Shown one piece after another: positions 24,191 through 38,287 of a DNA stretch of 64,000 nt. Source of the stretch: Moniliella sp. 'wahieum' (lineage: Eukaryota); the NCBI GenBank assembly GCA_003971905.1, contig RSEE01000003.1:868001-932000 (forward strand), read 5' to 3'. Below the pieces are notes generated by a model, which saw nothing but the letters and a program-made list of their open reading frames with translations, was not told the DNA's origin and searched no databases. Numbering within the stretch: position 1 is the stretch's first letter; each line of letters opens with the position of its first letter. The position numbers were made by a program, and so were the translations under genes.

Positions 24191-27100
24191 GTGACAGTCC
24201 TGCTGCCCAGCCACAGCGGGACAATCCACCAGCTGCTTTCAGATCCCAGGATCTCACATGTCGCATGTCACATGTCACACCTCTAAGCTTTGCAACTGCA
24301 CCCCGCCTTCCGCCTCTGCGTGGCTGGGGTGGAGCCAGTTGGGCGTGCTGGGCGTGCTATGACGTACCTTGCGCTGGGCCAGTCGGGTCCCTTGTTCTGT
24401 GGCTCCATGTCCCAGATGGCTTCCTTCAAGCTTCACGCAAATGCAGCACATGCGTCGCACGCCAACGACGTTGCCCGCCAAAAGCCAAATTGGGTTCATT
24501 ACAACGCCGAAGCGCAGCCAGGGCGCTCACTCGCCCCATTTCAATTGAAACCTTCGGAGCTTCGGCGTTTTTAGTACTTTCTCTGAGTACTGAGTACTAG
24601 CCCTGTTAGGGTGTTCACTGGTTCTTAGGCCTTGCGCTTGGGGCGTTATGCGTACGCGTTATGCGCTTCGCCTTACGCCCGTATAAACTTTTTATACATG
24701 CAACGGATTGCCACACCAAGTGATAATAGCCCTCTGCCGCCAGCGGGAGGAATGGGCCCACCCCGACAGCCTTCGGGTGGGTGGCGCCGGCTGAAGTTGG
24801 CGTGGGAACGTAGAGCTTGAAAGTTGCGGTTCTGTTCCAGATTTTATGTTGCCTCCATCAGCGAGTGCAACAACGCAGCACGTTGTGGTGGGTGTGTACA
24901 TTTTAACACTGGAATTCGAGCAGGGCCCATGCGGGGGGAGAAGGTGCGCTGGCCAGAGGCAGAGAATCGTAGTATGCAATGGCGGCCAATTCCGCGTTGG
25001 CATAGTCGGCCACAGACGGCGATTACCCAGCCGCGCCTCCACATTCTCCGTCAAATACACACCCCACCACCCCACCCCCTGCCCTCTCGTCCACGTTCTC
25101 ATCCAAGCAGTGCTTAATATTACATGGAACCCGTGTGCCGGTCTCCCACACAGCATCACACCGACATCCAATTGGACGGCAACAGGGAGTACCTCATGTC
25201 AAATTACATCTCTTCTTTTGCGTACTTCGACTATAGGTCGGGGGAATCCGGACAGCTTAATCTCCCCGTCATGCATCCCTCCGGCTCAGGCGCGAAGATC
25301 GCGACACGTTTTTAGCGATCTGTCCGCTCATTCCCACTGTCATCGCACATAAGTATGCGTCCCACAAACAAACTCTCTCTGTGTGGGTACACGACCGGCG
25401 GAAGCCGTAGTGCCTTGGCTCACACTCAGACCGTCACGGAATATTGATTGACTGCTCCACCAGCTCCACCTCTTTGCCTATAACCCCCCCCGCGCGCACA
25501 CACACCCACGCCATATATGCAGGACATGCACAGTGGTCTGTGCGCTGTAGTCGGTATTCAATAGCTCCCACCGCTCTCGCACGGGGCACAGCTCACACAG
25601 TATATTGTACCATTTCACCTTGTTCGGTACCGCCAGTCAGTCGGAATGCTTTTGCGTCTGACGGATCCGACCGACGTCCATGTCACATGTCATGGGTCGA
25701 TCACACACTGCGCAGTTGTCGCCTCTTTTTGCGTCGTTACTTTGGATATTTTGCCCTCATCGGCCTCATCCCAGGGACCTGTGAGCACCCTGAGAACCCT
25801 GAGCGGCCTGAGCCTCAGGCCCCAGGGAAAAAATCGCAGACCATCGAGATCCTCTCGTTTAGCGGACCATCAGCGTTCAAGCTGTGCATCGCTCCCCGGC
25901 GCCCCTGGTACCATTTCCAAGGAGATGCGAGAACATCTCCGAGTATTCTATAGTGTTCCTCTGAAGAGAGTTACCGATTACTGTTGGATACCATCGTCAC
26001 CGCGCGTCACCGTCAACGGCCTCTCGGCTCCACATTACACATTGGCAGCATATCTCCCCACTCAGCTCAGCTGAGCGATCAGGTTCCGCGCTCTGGATGT
26101 CTTTCCCTCGCTCGGCACCAAAATGCACATGTCCCCATCTTATTTCGACATACGAAAAGTACCATGAACATGTTAGGTGAAACCCTTTTACAACGTGAGT
26201 GTGGAGCATGTGGATCCTGGGAAACACGTCCCTATATAACCTTACTAATGTATTGGCACTGTGAGCATCTGGCAGAGTCCTCAATACTAACTTGCTACTA
26301 ATACTAGGCCGAAAGGGCAAATGGTTGCGCCTCTGCTCTTCGGCTTTCCTTTGTTCATAATCGTCTGGCCAATATTGTCTGACAGACCTTTTTCCCCCGC
26401 CCCCTCGCTTCTTTTCTTGTCTCATGCATTATGTCTTTTGCTCTCAACTAATATAAAAGTACGCGACATGTATCTCGCTCCCTCACGAAGACATTACAAA
26501 ATCAGCTCCCCTCATACCATACAGGCTTCTGTTCTTTCTCACACCTTATCTTGACTTTTGGGACAATGTTATACAATCCTTTTAGTAACAGGCTCCATGA
26601 CGATCAATGATCTCGATCATCATCTGACCCATTATGCATTATCTGATATCTCCTGTGGGGACCGCGACGCCTTTCCTTATGTGGCCCTACTACAGTAGAG
26701 TAATTGAACGAGGGCTCTGCCGCCCGTCTCGTGTGCCGAGCCCAGGACAAAGTCACCTAAGAGTACACACAGACTACAGAGGATTACCATAAACGAGGGG
26801 ACCACCGGGCTTACATCTGGGTCTGCTGCGGCTTCGCCCCAGTCTGTGTCCTCGTGCTGACGGCGACGGCCCACGGCTATCTTTACCTCCTTCGTCCGCC
26901 GTTCCATCGTCTACCGTTCCATCGCCCACGCTATCCACCGACCCAGCATGCAAAACATGGGTTATAAGATTCCATCCTATTTTCGCGACTGGTGGCATAT
27001 AGTATGCTGTTGCGGTGTCAGTAGGCAAAGAATGGCAATCAATAGCAGGAACGCGTGCCTGGAGTGATACTCACAGCCTCAGAGCGCATTTCGTACTTGA

Positions 27101-28907
27101 AGCTTAACGTGTGTCGTCAGGTGGAGAGGGAAGCCTGGGTTGTCGATGGATGGCAGGCCCTGACCCTTGGTTGCTCTCCTCCTTTCTGGGAGTCCCTTCT
27201 GGTGCTCCTCTTGGCCAGAATAGGCCGCCGTAGCTACCGTTCCATCGTTGCCAACACACCTTACTATCCATCGTTCCACAGTCCCCGTTGATATCTTCAT
27301 TAATCGAAGCCACCGCGAACGCAGGTGTGTGTATAGGCACACCGCTTTCCACTTGATGCATGAAAGGCGGCAACACCCTAGCTGTCAATTTATAACCGTC
27401 ATATATCGTAGTACCCCTCCGTGAAAGGTGTGCGATGTTGGGGCAACGCTCACGCAGCGAGATCGCCTATTGCTTTACGGAATACTATTCTGACAGCCCA
27501 TCCGAAGAGAGACCTCTCCATCACCTCTCACAAATGTCACATTCGTCTCAAGGAACAAGGAACACCCCCCCACACAAGAGGTACTGCACGATCAGAACAC
27601 CATCGGTCACACAGGCTCCAATCTCTGCACTGTTTCTGCTCTACTATTCACAGCACTCTTCACACAGCTGGTATGTGTTTGCGAAAGGATAACGACAGAG
27701 CGAGGATAGGCGCTAGGCCATGGAGATACATGTTGGTGAAACCTGCCCTACTTTGTGATCCATGTGATCCGTCGTATTGGTCATTGGTCACGACGGCGAG
27801 ATCTTTTTCGCTGGCAAAACTGTGTGCATATCTACCACCCACTCGCGTACATCTCAGCGATTTCGCAATTCAGTGTTTGCCTAGTCGTCCATCTCTGAGG
27901 TCCTGAGGGCTTTTGGCCCTCATCCACATCAGCGCTCAGCATACCCACTGCATACTCCGCAAGCGTGTTGTGGCCAGGACGAGGGGGTGACTAAAGGGCA
28001 TGGTCTAATACTTGACATACGATCCGCTCAACATTCTGTATTCACTCGAAAAGTAGACGGCCGGTGTTTGGACGGTTGTGGGGTGCCCCGGTTCCCACAT
28101 TTGAGCCATACTCGATCACACGGGGGTACGGTACAGCCTGGTGTAACTGCTGGGTAGAAGCCATCCGAATGTCGACTCGGAAGCCTCGCCCTTGCTCCCG
28201 CTTGCATCGGCACTGCTCACCTGGCTCGATGGCGCATATTAGTACTACCAGTGCATTTAGTGCATTATATACCCGGTGCCTCTCCTCGCTTCCCTCTTAA
28301 CATGACCTCGTGCTTCTCGTCGCGGACCGGACGCTGCTTCCGACGAGCAGCGTGTGTGCGTGGTGGACGCAAAGATTCCTTGCCTCCTCTGCCAACAGCC
28401 GTCTCCCATCAGGCTAGAAGAGTAGGATGGAAAGCAGGTAGAATAATTAACCGGTTCGCTCCATCAGTGCATCTGCATCAGCCTCGATGCCAATCTCGGT
28501 CTCGTGGCCACAGAGACCAGAGACACAATAGCCCATCGACCGCACAAACAACGCTAAGCCGGTATAGTACATTTATAGTAGTCCCCTTGTCCACCTAGCG
28601 CCCAAATACATTTGCGATGGGCACACCAAGGCAAGCCGGGATGTGGATTCCCTTTCGTTTTAGCGGCTCCTATTAGTACTTAGTGCTGGGCTGGAGTGAG
28701 GATGGAACTACGACTGCTCGGCTCGGTTCTGTGATTCAACGGTTGCTGCCCGCTCAAGTTGCTTCCAGCATCGACACCATTGCGCCTGCTATTAATCTCG
28801 GACCATGATCAATGCGTTTATGCATGCAAGAAAATCCCAGGGTGCCAAGTAACTTGGATGTCTCTCCCCCTCCCCTGCTCTCCCTGCGTCATCGACGTCA
28901 TCTGAGA

Positions 28908-31550
28908 TCAGCAGGATGCATCAGGGTGGGGGAGGGGAAGGGGAGGGGGCAAGGGAGTTTGGGCCATACGAGCGGGGGGGAGGGGGGGGGGCATGGGGTA
29001 CAGAACAACAAAGTGACGGCGGGCATGGCTTCGGGGGGTGGGGGGGAAACCATATTCGCCGCGGGGCAAAGAGGTAAGGTACGGGTGCAGAGGGCCGGGA
29101 AGAGGGGACGGGTTGGATTGGACCGAGTCCCCTGGAGTTAGAAACGGACAGGGGCCGGGAGGACGGGAGCAAAACCGACAGCCAAAGCGAAAGCGAAAGC
29201 GAAAACGAAAACGAAAAAGAAGCAAAGGGGAATACAAAAAATGGTTCAGTTCAATGACAAGGTCAGCCACACGTGAAGCGTGGGGTTTTGGTACAGAAAC
29301 AGTCCCCCCCCCCGCTCACAAACAAAGGGGACGGAAGGAATAGACAGAGCAGTCTTAGAGGGCGATAATGACAGGGCCTTGGGCGGCCGAAACGATGCTC
29401 TCGCCCCAGCCGGGTTCGTCCAGGCCATAGGGCGAACGTCCAGAGAGCCAAGCGCGACCAAACACAGGTTTGGCCCGCCGCTTGGACTTGAGCAGAGATC
29501 AGTCTTCCCATCTCCACGGCCGGGTGGAGGCAGCTCGCCAGGCGTCGGCAAAACCCCCGCGGCCAGCGCAGGAAGCGTGGGCGAATCTACTCGCCACTGC
29601 TTGGAACGCGGCGCGGAAATGCTCACGGCCTGGGTGGCGGTGAGGTTAAGTGCCCTTGGAACAGAGCGGGATGGGCAAGACTGACGGCCCCGCCTGTTGC
29701 CACGTACGAGCACAGCGGGACATCCGGTTTTTGGCCACGGTACCGCGCTGTGATGCGGCCAGTGTGGCTTGTGATGTGCACTTGGGCCCGACAGGGGCGG
29801 GCTGCTCATCCGACTCCTCCTGACTTACCTGCAAGAGGTCGAGATCAATGTCGGCGTCCAAGTCGCCTTGAAGGGTTTGAAGATACACTGGCCCGGTAGG
29901 TTTGAGCGCAACTTGGATGCGGCCTGAAGTGGCCGAGACGTCCGTCCTGTCCGCTTGCAGACGAGCAATGTGCAAGTCGGCCTCGCCACTCGTCACTGTG
30001 GCCGAGGCAGCGACGACATGGCCCAACGACATCAGCCCATACGGCGCATGGAGCAGCATCTCTGCCTCTGGAGCAAACAGGCGCCTGTCGAGGTTAAGGT
30101 GCCAAACCACGTTTGCGCCCACACCTGCTCCTGCACTTGGATCGAGTCGAGCAGGCTGATTGCTCCGTAGTACGAGGAGAGTCGAAGCGTACGCAGCAGC
30201 ATCGCCTCAGGCAATGGTGGCGCTGGATCCTGGTCATCGGAACCTTGCACGTCACCCTGAGGTGTCCCATGAAACGTCACACCCAACCGGGAGGACGCCA
30301 CATCAATGGCCATCATGGCATGGGATGCGGGTGATATTGAAGATTCTTCTCCGCTCCCGTCACCTCCTCCCTCGGGCGGGGAAGGAGCCCCACACTGTCG
30401 GCCTGGGTGGAGGGTAAGTTCTACATGGACCGTAATCGCGTTCCGCATGTCGAACCATGGCGTCACATCCGACGCCAGTGTCAGACCCAGGCGCCCATCC
30501 GAGGTGCGAACCTCAGCGAGAGCGAGGGAGAGGCGAGCTGGCTTCGATGCGGGCCGTAGGCATACAGTTGGGCCGTAGCACGAGGTCTGGTGTCGCACAC
30601 AGCCCATCCTTCGTGCTTGTCCTGCGTAGCTTTGGGGAGCACCATCTCTTCCTCGTCTGCATTGCCTGCGTCACTTCCGTCATGCGGACCTACCGGTTCG
30701 GAAGACGTGTGGACATGTACGTGCCCCCGGTGCCGGACTCCCACTGAATGGAAAAGGAGAAGCGTGTCGGCCTGGAAGTCCATCGCCAACGGTCCGGCAG
30801 GGGGTTCGAACTCGTACTGTGCTTCGATCCACCAGTCGTTCTTGGGAATGCGCCGAGACGGGTCTCCGGGCCAGATAAGCTTCCCATTCCTGTGGCCGAG
30901 AGGGGGGCGGAAAAGGGAAGGGTGCGGAGGACAGTCGCATTGTACGATGGCGGCAGCGCATACGGCTTGGGAACCACAATTTTTTCTACTGGCGGCGTTT
31001 CGAGCCAAAAGAGTTCACGCAGAAGAAATATGGTGAGCAGAAACAAATAGTGTCCCCGTCCCTAGAACCGAGAGCGCACGGCGACGCAGGTACTTGTCCT
31101 CTTGCATCTGCCATCTCGGATCCATCCGCCCGCCTGTGCTAACCCCCGAATCCATTTCGAGCAACAGCGTGCCGTAGCCACGCCAGCGCGCCTTGGACAT
31201 GGGAGCAAGTGTGAGCGGTGGTTGGGAGCACGGGCATGGCCGCTGCCCCCTTCTGTCTGTGGCTCAAAGGCAGGAGCAATGACACGGACCCGGCGGCCGA
31301 CGCTGACGCGGTTGGTGCGCCGGCGCTCATCGGACAACCAAGCAGGACGGAGACGGGGAGGAGACGGCGGGGGCGCAGCATCAGCCTTGAGGTCTCCTGG
31401 GAGGGCGAATCGGGAGCGTGAAGGAGGAAGGGACGGAGGTGTCGAAGGTCGAGTCGGATGCGGTGGCAAACAGAGACGAGCGTGCGGACGTGTGCAGGTC
31501 GGGGTGGCAGGCGCATGGTGGGAGGCGTGGCTGGGGGTGGGGAGTGGCAT
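28908..31550 (-). CDS. Hypothetical membrane-anchored protein: Pro-rich N-terminus, hydrophobic segment, beta-strand-rich C-terminal region (frameshifted)
   Basis: Tiled minus-strand ORFs 31062-31850, 31015-31200, 30690-31046, 30481-31008, 30032-30607, 29646-30122, 29246-29809, 28908-29270. Hydrophobic stretch after YLRRRALSVLG (LFLLTIFLLR). Repeating segments like TVTSGEADLHI, DVSATSGRIQV, LQTLQGDLDA suggest a beta-solenoid. Family assignment is tentative. Confidence 0.5.
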
Positions 31551-32718
31551 GGAAGGCGGGGGACTGGTCGGGGGATGGCGCGAGAGACGAGGGGGACGGG
31601 GACAGGGACGGGGAGGGGATAGGAGGGGGACGGAGACGGGGACGGGGAGATGGAGGGTGGTGGGAGAGCGGGGCGGGGCAGCAGGGTGGAGAGCGGGGCA
31701 GGGCAGCCGCACTAGCACCAATGGGCGGGTGCATGCAGTGGGATTGCGCGGGCGATGGCGCTGGGGAGGCGGATCAGGCGGAGGCAGAGGCGAGCGAGGG
31801 ACGGCGGGGCTGGGCAGCCTAAGAGTGCCGAGGACTGAGGACGGCTGCACGGGTGGGTGGTTGAGTTGAACGTTTGTTTATCAGACTCCGACTCATTTGC
31901 GCTTTCCAGCCACAGTCGTTGGCTTTCGCAGCGAGTGACTAGTGCCTGGAACACGGGCAACCTACTGTGCAACCCTAGCGCGCATCGGTGGCCCCACTTG
32001 AAACGTACACCCAGCAGATTGGCAGTGTGCTGGGCATGTCATGTGCATGTCATGCATGCAGCCTGTGCCTGGTGCACTGCCACTCCAGGCCTTGGCCTGG
32101 CATAGGCTCGGGGCCGCAGCAGGTGCGATTTCACATTGGAATGGCTGGCACTGAGTCCTGACAGGCCGACATGTGACACGTGACAGAGAGCATGCGGCCG
32201 CTCGCCAGGCCCCAGCACGCACCCGTCTGCACCAGCCCAGTCTGTCTTCGCCGGTACTCCGTTGGACGCTGCATCAATCATTAATCATTCATCATTCATC
32301 ATCCCATGTAGGACAGGGCACCTGCCGGTGTCCGGTCGCGCATTGCGCGTATGCACCGTGCAGAAATGCTGCCCGCCGGGCCAAAAGGCCAGCCGGCCCG
32401 GGGTACTGCGCACTGGTGCCTTGTCTTGGCACCGGCATCAATCATTAATCATTTAATCAAGCATCGTGCATCTTATCCGGCGCAACACTTATCGTCGGGC
32501 GAGGGACTACAGATCTCACACCATGCATCATGCATCACGTAATCGATACCCTCAGGCTAAGCGCGAAGGTGCGTAACCGCGTGATCGCACCCGGATCTGG
32601 CTTGACGTGTTCGACGGGGCCAGCAGGGGCCAGCAGGATTGGTTCACAGCAAGCAGGCAGGGCAGGCAGAGCAGGTGGGGTAGGGCGGTGGGCTGGTGGA
32701 GCTCGTATGTTCACACGC

Positions 32719-32907
32719 TCACATGTCACATGTCACATGTCACACGAACGCTGGAAGAGGCAAGGCAAGGCAAGGCAAAAGGCAAGTGAGTGGCAAGGCT
32801 CCCGCGATCGGCTCAACAACGCTCAACAACGAACGCTCAAGTTGAGCGCACTCAAGTTGAGTTCAACTTGACGTTCAAACTTCAAGCTTCAAGCTTCAAG
32901 CTTCAAG
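32719..32907. repeat. Heptamer palindrome arrays (TCACATG)x3+ and (TCAAGCT)x3+
   Basis: 32719-32744 and 32881-32907, read directly. Confidence 0.9.
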
Positions 32908-33498
32908 AGATGAGAATTCGGGCCGTGGCGCGTGGCAGCGTTTGCGCTGCCACAGGCTGAGGCTCAGTCACTCAGCCTCGCCTCAGCGCCAAACATGAAT
33001 CAACCTCATTGATCCTCAAGTCGAGGTAGGCCAATGCGCTGATGTGGTAGCCTGATATAGATGTTCGCCTAGCCTACACGCATGCATATGGGAAGCACGG
33101 CGCCAACCCACCCGTGCGCAGGGGCCATAGCGGTCACATGTCGCAGCGCGGCGGCCGGTGCGAATGGGGCGGCATTCGTCAAGTGCGGATGGTACTTCGG
33201 CTGAGCGCAGCAACGAAGATTGAAATTGATTGAACGTTGAATTGAACGTTTAACGTTCACTGTTCAATTTGAATGTCCAGCGCGTCCAGCTGGCTATGTT
33301 GAAATTGAATTGAAATCAGTGGAATGCAACTACGTGTAGCGATAGCTCGAACTCCCCTGTGGGAGTTTTGCGGACATATATAGAGCAGTCGCTCCCACGC
33401 TCGGAGCGACGCGAATCCAAAGGGAGACGAAGTGGCCAACCCCCGGGGCAATCTTCCAGGTGGTAATGTCGTAATCGGCGTAACCAGCAACCCCGCTG

Positions 33499-33536
33499 TA
33501 ACGCGTAACGCGTAACCGGTAACGGGTAACCGGTAA
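33499..33536. repeat. Heptamer array TAA-CGCG-TAA-CGCG-TAA-CCGG-TAA-CGGG-TAA-CCGG-TAA
   Basis: Read directly. Confidence 0.9.
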
Positions 33537-33802
33537 CCCAGCCTCGCCCGAACCTTTTCTGTACCCCAGGATTATACTGAGAACATGTCCAGGATTGAAA
33601 GGTTGAACGCGCAGCTGGAGTGTTGCTGTCATGTACGTACGCGGGCCAACAAGTCAATTGCTCATCAGAACTGCTGAACCCCAGACGCTCACGGCGCCAC
33701 AGCGAGCGGGGTTTCCAACACAAAAGAAACTTCCATTGGCACCCCAGTGCTGGCCGCCGCTGTCTATCCCCGCTCCTTCTACTCGACCGCCACCAGCACC
33801 TG

Positions 33803-34781
33803 ATGACCCCGACCTCGACCTCGACCTCGGCGGACGACAGGACACTGCTGGACATTGTGCGCGAAATTTACCCAGCGGTACAACCCTGTCTGCCGCTTGT
33901 CCCGGGCGCACCCCCTATCTGGGACCCCGACGCGCCGCCGGTTGACGAGACGAGTGCCAGAGCCACCACCCTGGATTCGTTGGTCGTCATCGTGCTTCCC
34001 GTGGCCGGCTACACGCTCACGTCGAACCGGGCAAGTGCAGAGGAATACGAGAAGATTGCAGAGATGATGAGTCACCCGATGGTCTATCCCACCCTGCGCG
34101 ACCCGCCCGTACCTTACCTCACTGATCATGCCATGGTCTGGTCCACTCTCGAACGCCGAAAGCAGCTCGCTGCCCTGCGTGCGCTCTCGTCCCGCGCAAC
34201 TCGGTTGATCCGCACCAGTTCCCGGGATACAGCCCGGTCGGCTCAGTTCGGTACAACGACCAGGTGGTAGGTACGGTGACTCTGAGTGGGAGTACCAAAG
34301 GCGCACCCTTTGCCGAACAAACATGGCACATCGGTACGTTTCTCACCTCATTCTTCTCGTTTTTCTGGCTGGGCGTGGTGTTGGGGGCATGGCTAACGGT
34401 GCCGTGGCTGTGTATAGGCTACTCGATCCACCCAGATCACGGAGGAAAGGGAGTCATGCAAGCGGCGCTTCGGGCACAAATGGACCTCTGATTCGCGCGA
34501 TACGTCAAGCATTAGGTCTTCCGCCTCAGCTCCCAGATTCCCCCTCGCATCCACGCCCGCTATTTTGCGGAGCAACAATGGAGCATAACCAAGCCAGTCG
34601 ACGGGTCATGCTCCTTGCCGGTCTCACCCCCATGCGTACGACAAGAGATCCTGATGGTCGGACGTATGGGGCACGCGCAACTGACCTCCCAAGCGGAGAG
34701 AATAAGGTGGTAATGGGTCTTCTGCCCCCCGAGGTTGTCGGTCAGCCCATACGGGATGTGGAGTTCGAATCGCTCACCTAG
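33803..34781 (+). CDS. GNAT N-acetyltransferase, RimJ/RimL (Acetyltransf_3)-like
   Basis: VVGTVTL..WHI|GYSIHPDHGGKGVM (acetyl-CoA-binding motif A) and HNQASRRVML.AG (motif B). Intron 34334-34417 (GTACGT..GCTAAC..TAG). Confidence 0.78.
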
Positions 34782-35248
34782 GCATCGATGGGACCTTGTA
34801 GTCTCCATCGATCTTGCTCCTGTGATCTGGGACTATCTATTTCGACATGATGCGGGTGCGTGGTGCATGGTGCATGGTGCATGGCGCTTGCTTTGAAAGG
34901 CACAGCATGAGCGATAAGCAATGGCTCTAAAACGAAGAAAAAATGTGCACAAAATCGACCGAGACAACATGATACAGGTTATGCACTGAGGGACGGCTCT
35001 TCAAAGGCAACAAAAGGTGCAAAGCAAGGCACCAACAGACGGCACAAGAGAGATGCGAAAGAGAGAGATAGCAAAAGGGATTAAGTGGGTTTCCAAAAGG
35101 GGCAAGCCGAAGAAAGGAAGCCGAAGAGGGCAAGTCGAATCAAGGAAGTCGAATAAAGTTGAACAAAGGAAGTCGAACAAAAAAGGCGTGGGAGGAAAGT
35201 ACTGAGATGGGGCGAGAAAATAGGTGGCTTTGCATAGAAGTTTCCGAC

Positions 35249-38200
35249 TCAACTGGACCCGCTCCCGGAAGACGACGAAGAGTCGGTGGAGGAAGAGGAG
35301 GAGCAACCGGTCAATTTGTTGCGAGGCCAAGGTTTGTTGAATGCTATGGGACCACAACAGTGAGGTTAGTAGCGCAGGGGCGGGGCGAATGAAGGCAATA
35401 GAAGAGTAACACACTAGTAATGTTGGGGTTGTTGTACAGGTCGGCGTGGCGCTCAATGTAAGCCGCGGTCGGATGGTCTGGCGGATCACAGGAAACACGG
35501 TTCGGTTGCCCATGTGGCTGGTACACACGCACGTAGTCAAAACGCATTTGAGCGGGGAAGACAACCTTGTCCTGGGAGGTCCAGTCGATCCATTGGAATC
35601 CAGAGGAGATGCTACACAATAAGGTACCCAATCAGTCAGTCAGTCAGAATACAAACAAATGGATGGACAAGATACGCACCCCAAGTTAAGTACGATCGAC
35701 ATGGGCTCGGTAGGAATTAAGCGTTGGCCAATGTCCATGGCTCCCTGGGGCCCGAGGGCGTCGCCATTGAGGCGCCAAGAAGGCTGACCGTCGTTCCACC
35801 ATTGAACATACCCATTGCCATTGCCGTCCCAATCGGGCGAGTACTCCAACCCATACCGGATATTGGCCGCCCGTCTCTTCAAAGTTATCGTCCGACACCC
35901 GAGTCACAACCGACGCTGACATTTGCAGTGGGCCCCGTGGTAGCTGTTGATCTCACTGGCGGTGCTGTTGTAGATCACGGTTTGTTGCGACGTATTTCCA
36001 GCATAGTAGTTCTCTGAAAAGGGGGCCACCTGGAGCGATTGAGACGCATAGGTGTGCTTGTTCTGCACTTGCACCTCAAAGACATCAATCTCACTGGCGC
36101 CTCTGCCGACATTGTTGGAGGGCCCAGGGTGGTCTTCGCCATCACAGGTGCAAGCGGGGCTACGCATACCAGGCAGTTTACTGATCTTGCCCTTGGCTGC
36201 ATACGGAGCCGTCGAGTGGAGCGCGCCTTGGGGGCCAGTGCCATTGACAAAGTGTTGACCTTTCAGAATGCCCGTGTCACATTGGTCGTAATTGTATGGC
36301 CACAGTCCATCGGTGGTACCCCGGTAGCCTGGGCGGCCCAGATTGCCCATCAGCCAGGCCGCGGGCCAGTAGCCCTTGCGAGCCGGCCCACCAGGAAGGA
36401 GCGTGCTAAACTCAATGTAGCCGCCTTGAAAGCAAAACTTGTTCCAGCTCTGAAGCATACCCGATTGGAAGTTGAGGTTGTGTGTTGCTTTTTGGGTCAG
36501 GGATAGAACCAAAGAACCTCCCGTCGTGTTAACTGCCTCGGGCGAGTACCACTCATAGTCGCCCGTCGCACCGTACCAAATGTTGGCTGCCTCCCAAAAA
36601 GGCTATACCCCGGCAGAGTCAGTGGAGTTCAGAAGAGAAAAAAAGTAGGAAGCAGGACTCACGTCATCACCAGGGTAGAAGGTGCGACCTTCAACGTTAA
36701 ACTCGTCGCTGAATACAAGATCGAACCGATCTCCCGCATCGTTCTTCCATTGCATAGCACTCTGCGGAGTATCCGAGTCGACCAATGCGCGCAAGGTACC
36801 AAGGAGGGGAACCTGTCCCGTCGCGTTCGTCCCCCCACCCCGAGACCATACTTGCCCCAATCCTTGTGTTTGGACAAGACCTGGTCAATGATGGGATAAC
36901 CTGCAAACAGCAAGCACAGCGCAACAACAATAAAAACCATTGTCCCAACGTTAAGCAACCCCTCCATTGAGATGCCGTGGTTCCGGTCCGTCTTCTTTTC
37001 CACTGTGTGCAAGTAATCATCCGGATCGTTATCAATGTCTCTCGGTACGAGGCTGGAGTGGACAGATGCCTTGGCAGCCGCCGATTTCTCCGTCTTGGGT
37101 TGTGTCGTGTTGCTGTACCAATCGTTCTGGTTGGGGTGCTTACGCGCCTCCACCAACGTGGTCTGGGACACTTGCGGCTCCATCGGTGTCGGGCCAGCCT
37201 GCCCGGAGCTTGCCAGAGGCTGTGCACCTGTTCTGACTCCGGCCCTTCCACCTGCGCCAATCAAGGATGCCCCGGATGCCGCTTGCAGACGCCGCTCCAT
37301 CGCTTGGGGGTCGTGATCCCACCACGTCGGGGATGCTGACATTGGAACCATAGGCTTTGTGACTCGGGCGCCATTGAGCCCCGGTACGGGAGAATGGGGC
37401 AGCAGACCCATTGAAGCGGGTGGGAGGGGGTTTGCGCTGCACGGCTTTCTTGGGGCTTGGCGAGCGATTGGCAGCGGACATGGGAATGTCGCTGTAGTGC
37501 TGCGAGGACAGGTGGGGCAGACATGTCGACCGAGCTAAAGCCCCGGGTGTGACCTTTCCTCTCGGGAGAAGGAAGAAGTGGGCGCTCGGACGAATCGCGC
37601 TCACTGCGCTCGGGGAAGAAAGCAGAGGACGCTCCGGGGATGAAAGCAAAGGGCGATCGGGCGAGTAGCCCTGGTTGCGCACAGGCGAATAGTGGCGAGG
37701 CGGAGTACGAGGTGCCTGATAGGGATTTGAACTGATCGCCCCGGGTAGTGGAGCCACAGGAACGAACGGATTAGCAGTTCCAGGGGGGGCTGGCTTGGGT
37801 GCTTGCACTGTTTCTTGAACCACGCCCACATATCCCCGGTTGGAGTTGGGATCGTGCGCGTAGGCGAGGAAGGGGTGGGGCGGATCGGGACTGGACGGCG
37901 CACGGGAGAAGAGGGGCGGGGAAGCAGAGCATGGGTGCGCGAAGATGTGGCCACGGGAGGAGCAATACGGGCAGAAGACCGGCTGGCAGCCGAGACGGGT
38001 GCCGGAGGCGGAGCAATGCGTGCGCCCGGAACCGCACCCGAACGCTTCCGGTCGGGGGAATGGGAAGAGCGCGACGAGGCTGGATTGAGGTGTGGGCGGG
38101 GCGTGGACAAGACGCGCACAGGTTCAGGTGGGGGTTGGCGGCCGCGAGGACGGGGAGGTGAGTATCCCATGGGTGGGGCCACCGACGACACATCGCTCCT

Positions 38201-38287
38201 GGTGGGGAGGACTGTGGATGCGGCGCTCGAGGGGGCGGGCGAGGGTGGGCGCACGGCCGGTGGGGGCCTGTGTGTGTTGCTCGGCAT
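35249..38287 (-). CDS. KRE6: Beta-glucan synthesis-associated protein KRE6/SKN1 (GH16, type II membrane protein)
   Basis: DPDDYLH, TM helix ..LCLLFAGYPI, TNATGQVP, LVFSDEFNVEGRTFYPGDD, SGMLQSWNKFCFQGG, WPAAWLMGNLGRPGY, GH16 motif EIDVFE, YGLEY, PTEPMSIVLNLG, DYVRVYQ, terminal WPRNKLTGC. At least four introns. Start approximate. Confidence 0.93.
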
